Below, in pieces: positions 42,984 through 46,955 of a stretch of 46,955 bases of DNA. This DNA is from a virus: UHGV virus genome UHGV-2105699. One strand, 5' to 3'. The notes beneath the pieces were generated by a model. It saw only the letters and a list, made by a program, of their open reading frames with translations, made no database searches and had not been told where the DNA came from. Within the stretch, counting starts at the first letter, position 1, and every line of letters starts with the position of its first letter. Position numbers and translations under genes: made by a program.

Positions 42984-43433
42984 ATGGCAAATCCAAATCC
43001 TATTATGAAGTTTTCTGCTGAATACCAGCCGGCAGGAAGGGGTTTAAGCTACAGAAACAGGTTAATAGAAGCATTAAAACGTTGCGGAATGGGTGAAGAG
43101 GAGTTTCTTGACGCATTCATTCGCACGTCAATCAGAATGGTGGAGGAAAATCCAACTCAGGGCGTGCAAATGCTGAAAGAAATATTTCTTCGCATTAGCC
43201 CCATGCAGAAGACAATGGCCCCTCCTGTTGAGTTCAAGTATCAGAAGGGTGCAACACCAGTTCGGCAGATTGAAGATGTCATTCAGTCAGTCTCGCTTGG
43301 TGAGCTTCCCATTGATGTTGCGTCTCAGGTTGTATCAATGATTAAGGTTGGCCTTGATGTTAAAGAGCTTACTGAGCTTGCCGAGAGACTTGAACGGCTT
43401 GAGAAGATGATGGAGAGCGCTAATGGCTCGTAA
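42984..43433 (+). CDS. terminase small subunit (by position; start at MANPNPIM)
   Basis: 150 aa ORF immediately upstream of, and overlapping, the large terminase; ORF track's upstream extension spans a terminator and is rejected. Confidence 0.5.
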   Translation: MANPNPIMKFSAEYQPAGRGLSYRNRLIEALKRCGMGEEEFLDAFIRTSIRMVEENPTQGVQMLKEIFLRISPMQKTMAPPVEFKYQKGATPVRQIEDVIQSVSLGELPIDVASQVVSMIKVGLDVKELTELAERLERLEKMMESANGS

Positions 43434-44847
43434 ACGCCTGTCAGCACTGGCAATAGAAAAGCTGGAGGCGCAGGTGGATGATGCGATGACCGATGTGGCA
43501 GAGTCGGCCATCTTCGGCATCTGCGATATGCAGAAGAACGTCATCAGGCGCCTCAGAATGACCGCTACGGGCGTGGAGGATGTCACCAGTGAAACAACGC
43601 AAGAAGACCACTTAATCCCCGCAAAACTCGAAAGGCTGCTTTATCCGAAGCGTAATAAGGTTGTCTTTGGTGGTCGAGCATCAACCAAAACTCGGACCGT
43701 AGCAACCATACTCACTGAGTCGGCGAGATTCAGGCCGGAGCGTATTGGCTGCTTCCGCGAAATTCAGCAGTCTATCGAGGACTCCAGCTATCAGGAGCTG
43801 GTAGATGAAATCGACCGCAAAGGAGAATCATCGGAATATCGCTGCATCGACGGCAAGATAACCCACAAGCGAACGAAATCAAAATTCAGGTTCCGTGGCC
43901 TCTATCGCAACATCACCGGCGTCAAGGGTTTTGCCGGGATATCGAAAGCATGGGTGGAAGAAGCTGAAAACGTCAGCCAGGCGTCGTGGGACATCCTTGA
44001 GCCAACCATCCGAGCAGAAGGTTCTGAGATATGGGTGACGTTCAACCCCAACAAAGAAACCGATGCCACTTGGACTCAGTGGGTGGCGCCCTATTACGAC
44101 AAGATGGTTGATGGCATCTACGAGGATGATGACACATTAATCATTGAGTGTAATTACCGAGACAACCCGTGGTTCTATGACACCCCGCTCCCAGCATCCA
44201 TGGAGAAAATGAAGGCGGTAGATTTCGACCGATATCTCTGGATTTGGGAAGGAAAATTTAATAAACGAAGCGATGAGCAGGTATTCGGCGGAAAATGGCG
44301 CACCGCATCGTTTGAGGTTAAACCTGAATGGCATGGCCCTTACCATGGCATGGATTTTGGTTTCTCTGGCGACCCTGCCGCAATGGTTGAGGTTTGGGTG
44401 GAAAACCTACCCGGCGACCGGCGCAACATTTATATTAATCGTGAGTATGGCAAGGTTCATCTTGAGATTACCGACCATCCGGCAGCAATGGACCAGGCAT
44501 TTCCGATGGCGCGCAAGGCAAGATGGTATGCTGACTCATCAAGGCCGGAAACCATCAGCCACATCAAGCGAGCTGGCTTTGACATTCATCCCTGCAACAA
44601 ATGGCCAGGCAGTGTTGAAGATGGCGTGACATGGCTCAGGGGTTGCGACAGCATCATCATTCACGACCGCTGCACGGAAATGAAAAACGAGGCTGCGATG
44701 TACAGCCACAAGGTCGACAAGAATACAGGCCTTGTGCTTACTGAAATCGTTGATAAATATAACCACTATTGGGATGCGGTGCGCTATGCGCTGAATGACT
44801 ATATTGTGCAGCGCGGCTCTGGATGGATTAGAAGGGGCAGGAGATAA
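43423..44847 (+). CDS. terminase large subunit
   Basis: 474 aa; deviant Walker A VVFGGRASTKT, ATPase-plus-nuclease two-domain architecture; followed by bidirectional terminator. Confidence 0.85.
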   Translation: MARKRLSALAIEKLEAQVDDAMTDVAESAIFGICDMQKNVIRRLRMTATGVEDVTSETTQEDHLIPAKLERLLYPKRNKVVFGGRASTKTRTVATILTESARFRPERIGCFREIQQSIEDSSYQELVDEIDRKGESSEYRCIDGKITHKRTKSKFRFRGLYRNITGVKGFAGISKAWVEEAENVSQASWDILEPTIRAEGSEIWVTFNPNKETDATWTQWVAPYYDKMVDGIYEDDDTLIIECNYRDNPWFYDTPLPASMEKMKAVDFDRYLWIWEGKFNKRSDEQVFGGKWRTASFEVKPEWHGPYHGMDFGFSGDPAAMVEVWVENLPGDRRNIYINREYGKVHLEITDHPAAMDQAFPMARKARWYADSSRPETISHIKRAGFDIHPCNKWPGSVEDGVTWLRGCDSIIIHDRCTEMKNEAAMYSHKVDKNTGLVLTEIVDKYNHYWDAVRYALNDYIVQRGSGWIRRGRR

Positions 44848-44849
44848 GA

Positions 44850-44880
44850 AAAAGCCCCGATTTCGGGGCTAAATTTGTCT
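44850..44880. terminator. bidirectional terminator after terminase
   Basis: GCCCCG-attt-CGGGGC hairpin flanked by A-run and T-run. Confidence 0.7.
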
Positions 44881-45099
44881 TTATGCCGCGACCGGGCGAA
44901 TGGTGTACCCATATCCAAGATAAGCATTTCTCTCCTGAAAAGATGAGGCGCGCAGACGGGCAGTAGCCTCACCCTTAACGGTTGCAACAACGCAGTCTGT
45001 GGAGTCTGGGCCATTCTCTACAGCCTCGAAAGCTGGTACGTTTTTAGTGGTCAGGTCGTATGTGTTCATTGTTTTATCCTCATTCATTCGCGGCACCAT
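44881..45099 (-). CDS. hypothetical protein (72 aa)
   Basis: Leftward ORF fed by promoter at 45105-45150. Confidence 0.4.
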   Translation of the reverse strand: MVPRMNEDKTMNTYDLTTKNVPAFEAVENGPDSTDCVVATVKGEATARLRASSFQERNAYLGYGYTIRPVAA

Positions 45100-45104
45100 T
45101 GCCG

Positions 45105-45150
45105 CCTCAATGACTACAATCTACATCAGCGATGAATCAACGTCAAAATT
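45105..45150 (-). promoter_or_regulatory. leftward promoter built from two motif copies: TTGACG (45137-45132) - N17 - TAGATT (45114-45109); plus TATAAT at 45143-45148
   Basis: CAATCTACATCA (45108-45119) and AATCAACGTCAA (45126-45137); minus strand reads TTGACGttgattcatcgctgatgTAGATT. Confidence 0.45.
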
Positions 45151-45159
45151 TATAATAAA

Positions 45160-45450
45160 TTATTTGTAAAGCCAGCAGTGAATCCCCGCGTTGCGCATGG
45201 CGGCATAAATCACATCATCAGACACGACCGCTATTGCCACCCTGTCTGCATCAATCTGCTGGTGCGAAGCCATAATGTCATCATAGAAAATATCGTTAGC
45301 ATGCAGCCACTCATACGCATGCTTTGCCCTCATGATAAGCACATCATGCCCGGCAGAGTAGAGTGACTTAGCCAGCGCAACGTTGCCAGCAATAGCATTG
45401 CCTTCCGCATCACGCAGCACACCATCAAGCTCAAAAATGACACATTTCAT
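45160..45450 (-). CDS. small HAD-like protein (96 aa) with motif-I-like FELDGVL
   Basis: MKCVIFELDGVL resembles HAD motif I (DxDG[TV]L) with Glu in place of the first Asp; SD GGAGAAATCTT. Confidence 0.3.
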   Translation of the reverse strand: MKCVIFELDGVLRDAEGNAIAGNVALAKSLYSAGHDVLIMRAKHAYEWLHANDIFYDDIMASHQQIDADRVAIAVVSDDVIYAAMRNAGIHCWLYK

Positions 45451-45469
45451 AAGATTTCTCCGAGAGGTT

Positions 45470-45540
45470 TCATTTTAATCTACGCCATGCTAGAATCTAC
45501 GCCAAGGCGCATTGACATAACTACATCACTGGGGCATCAT
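45470..45540. promoter_or_regulatory. divergent promoter region with tandem AATCTACGCCA copies (45477-45487, 45494-45504; 17-nt period) and TTGACA (45512-45517)
   Basis: Leftward reading gives TTGGCG-N17-TAGATT upstream of gene 45450; rightward TTGACA lies 21 nt before ATG 45539. Confidence 0.4.
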
Positions 45541-45778
45541 GAAGGCATACTCATCTTTTTCGTGGGAGCAGAAGGAAAAAATATACTCACTCGCAAGAGC
45601 TGGCGTGTCGGATGAGGCACTGTGCGAAAGGTACGATGTGGATGAGGCCATTCTGCTGCGCATGTATGATGAAGTGCTGTGTGAGTTGCAGCGGCGTCGT
45701 GGATACAGTGGGCTGAAGACGATTAATGATTTCTTCCGGAATGTTGAGCTAAATAACGATGAGGGTGGTGATTTATGA
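45539..45778 (+). CDS. hypothetical protein (79 aa)
   Basis: ORF; no motif. Confidence 0.4.
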   Translation: MKAYSSFSWEQKEKIYSLARAGVSDEALCERYDVDEAILLRMYDEVLCELQRRRGYSGLKTINDFFRNVELNNDEGGDL

Positions 45779-45945
45779 TTATTGAAGGAAAAATAGCGAA
45801 TGATTTGTCCACGAAGAATGTAGACAAGTTTCAGTTACTAATGAACATCAACCAGGATGGCGACGCAATAGTCATCGACAAACAACAAGCCGCGCAGCTT
45901 GTCGAAGTCCTGCGGCGCTGGGTTGATGGCGAGGAGATTGAGTGA
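45775..45945 (+). CDS. possible small ORF (56 aa, MIIEGKIANDLSTKNVDKFQLLMNINQDGDAIVIDK...)
   Basis: ATGA overlaps at both ends (with 45539..45778 and 45942..46457); below cutoff. Confidence 0.3.
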   Translation: MIIEGKIANDLSTKNVDKFQLLMNINQDGDAIVIDKQQAAQLVEVLRRWVDGEEIE

Positions 45946-46457
45946 TGATAACCCAAGAAGAGCTAAAAGAATGGCTTTCATATCATCCTGAATCAGGTAG
46001 ATTTGTATGGATTAAAGGCAAAAGGAAGGGGAAGGTCGCTGGCGCAAGGTCGGCATATGGATACCATATAGTATTGCTTCGCAAAACCTACACAGCAAGA
46101 CGTCTGGCATGGTTATATATGACTGGTGATTTTCCTCCAGACGGACAGAATGTGTACTCAGTATCACAAAACCCATTCAGCTCAAGGTGGAGTGACCTTT
46201 CTATATCCCCGTCTGGATGCAGAAACATTGGTGGCGAAGAGATAAGGGAGAAGAAGTTTAGCAAGCTATCAAGGAGGAGCTCACTACAAGTTCCTGGTGT
46301 GTCTCTTCACAAGAAGTCGGGGCTTTATCGGGTGACGATGAACATTAACGGGAAGCAGAAATCTTTAGGTTACTACAAGACTATAGGTGAAGCCGAGGTG
46401 GTATCCATATCAGCAAGGGAAAGGGTTGCTGAAATGGTAAGAAAAAACAACCCATGA
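45942..46457 (+). CDS. degenerate HNH-AP2 homing-endonuclease-like protein (HNH catalytic motif missing, AP2-like C-terminus retained)
   Basis: N-terminus SGRFVWIKGKRKGKVAGARSAYGYHIVLLRKTYTARRLAWLYMTG mirrors the HNH_3 N-region, but DH..N..NL motif is replaced by DGQNVYSVSQNP; C-terminal GVSLHKKSGLYRVTMNINGKQKSLGYYKTIGEAEV is AP2-like. Confidence 0.5.
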   Translation: MMITQEELKEWLSYHPESGRFVWIKGKRKGKVAGARSAYGYHIVLLRKTYTARRLAWLYMTGDFPPDGQNVYSVSQNPFSSRWSDLSISPSGCRNIGGEEIREKKFSKLSRRSSLQVPGVSLHKKSGLYRVTMNINGKQKSLGYYKTIGEAEVVSISARERVAEMVRKNNP

Positions 46458-46504
46458 CCATGCTATAATCCCATCCAGCGTGAGGGATTTTTTATGGTGA
46501 CGAA

Positions 46505-46955
46505 ATGTCAAAGTTAGAGGCGGTAAACGCCTATATTCAGCAGCGAGTGGCGAACAATAACAGGCTCATCGAGCGGCAGCGCCGTGAGTTTGGCGGGAAG
46601 AACATCGACCACAAACACGACAGGCTGTGGCTCGAATGCGGCTACCCTGAAGAAATCACCGCCGAGATGTTCCGCTATGCCTATGAGCGCTATGCACCGG
46701 CAACTGCTGGCGTCAATCGCGTACTCGATAAGTGCTGGCAGACTCCGCCGCAAATCCTCGAAGAAGGCGCCGATGATAAAGCAAGCACTCCGTGGGAGAA
46801 GGCAGCCAACAGGCTGTTTAAGCGCGCCGCGCCGTTCATCAAGGATGCAGACCGCCGCAACCTCATCAACCGCTACTCCGGCCTCATCCTGCAAATCCGT
46901 GATGGAAAACAATGGAATGAGCCGGTAGATACCACGAAAACAAAGCGCATCAAGG
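46505..46955 (+). CDS. portal protein, N-terminal portion (ORF runs off the window end and continues in frame at position 1)
   Basis: ATG 46505 with SD GGTGACGAA; open to window end (150 codons + 1 nt); g + at(1-2) then gct gct att... matches the open frame at window start. Not in ORF track because no stop within window. Confidence 0.55.
   Translation, partial: MSKLEAVNAYIQQRVANNNRLIERQRREFGGKNIDHKHDRLWLECGYPEEITAEMFRYAYERYAPATAGVNRVLDKCWQTPPQILEEGADDKASTPWEKAANRLFKRAAPFIKDADRRNLINRYSGLILQIRDGKQWNEPVDTTKTKRIK

Noticed and set aside
46514-46928. ORF-track entries 46514..46912 (-) and 46584..46928 (+)
   Set aside because: Antisense and alternate-frame shadows of the portal N-terminal coding region (46505 onward, which lacks a stop inside the window and is therefore absent from the track).
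1-46955. CRISPR arrays, tRNA genes, integrase/attP, toxin-antitoxin or known abortive-infection/defence operons
   Set aside because: No regularly spaced direct repeats with unique spacers, no cloverleaf-compatible segments, no tyrosine/serine recombinase-like ORF and no recognisable defence-system signatures were seen.

Overview
The window reads as an essentially complete, circularly permuted genome of a virulent siphovirus (about 47 kb, roughly 50% GC), with no integrase or attP. An ORF that opens at 46505 runs off the 3' end of the window and continues in frame into the ORF open from position 1, so the two window ends join into a single portal gene. Gene order is: portal, head-morphogenesis protein, a leftward accessory cassette, the lysis cassette (T4-type endolysin, holin candidate, Rz1 embedded in Rz), small early genes including a Lar-like zinc ribbon and the first HNH-AP2 homing endonuclease, scaffold, decoration protein, major capsid protein, a leftward ParB-like accessory operon, head-tail joining genes, an Ig-domain major tail protein, a second HNH cassette, chaperone, tape measure, lambda M/L/K/I-J-like tail tip genes, and an AT-rich tailspike. 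A leftward replication/recombination arm follows (SSB, ERF, PD-(D/E)XK exonuclease, VRR-NUC, a third HNH-AP2, a DECH-box helicase, primase, ASCH, a DUF3987-like ATPase, an AP2-only protein), then an iteron-rich AT-rich putative origin, small rightward genes, and terminase small and large subunits. The layout resembles T1-like (Drexlerviridae) phages; this is inference only. The most unusual structure is the helicase. It is fractured at its DE-CH motif II into two same-frame ORFs that carry intein N-terminal (blocks A/B) and C-terminal (blocks F/G) halves, with a LAGLIDADG-type homing endonuclease ORF in the -1 frame overlapping both. This looks like a split-intein fractured gene. The second notable feature is a conserved promoter-associated motif (TTGACGTAGATTG) repeated at about ten intergenic sites, twice forming textbook TTGACG-N17-TATAGT promoters.
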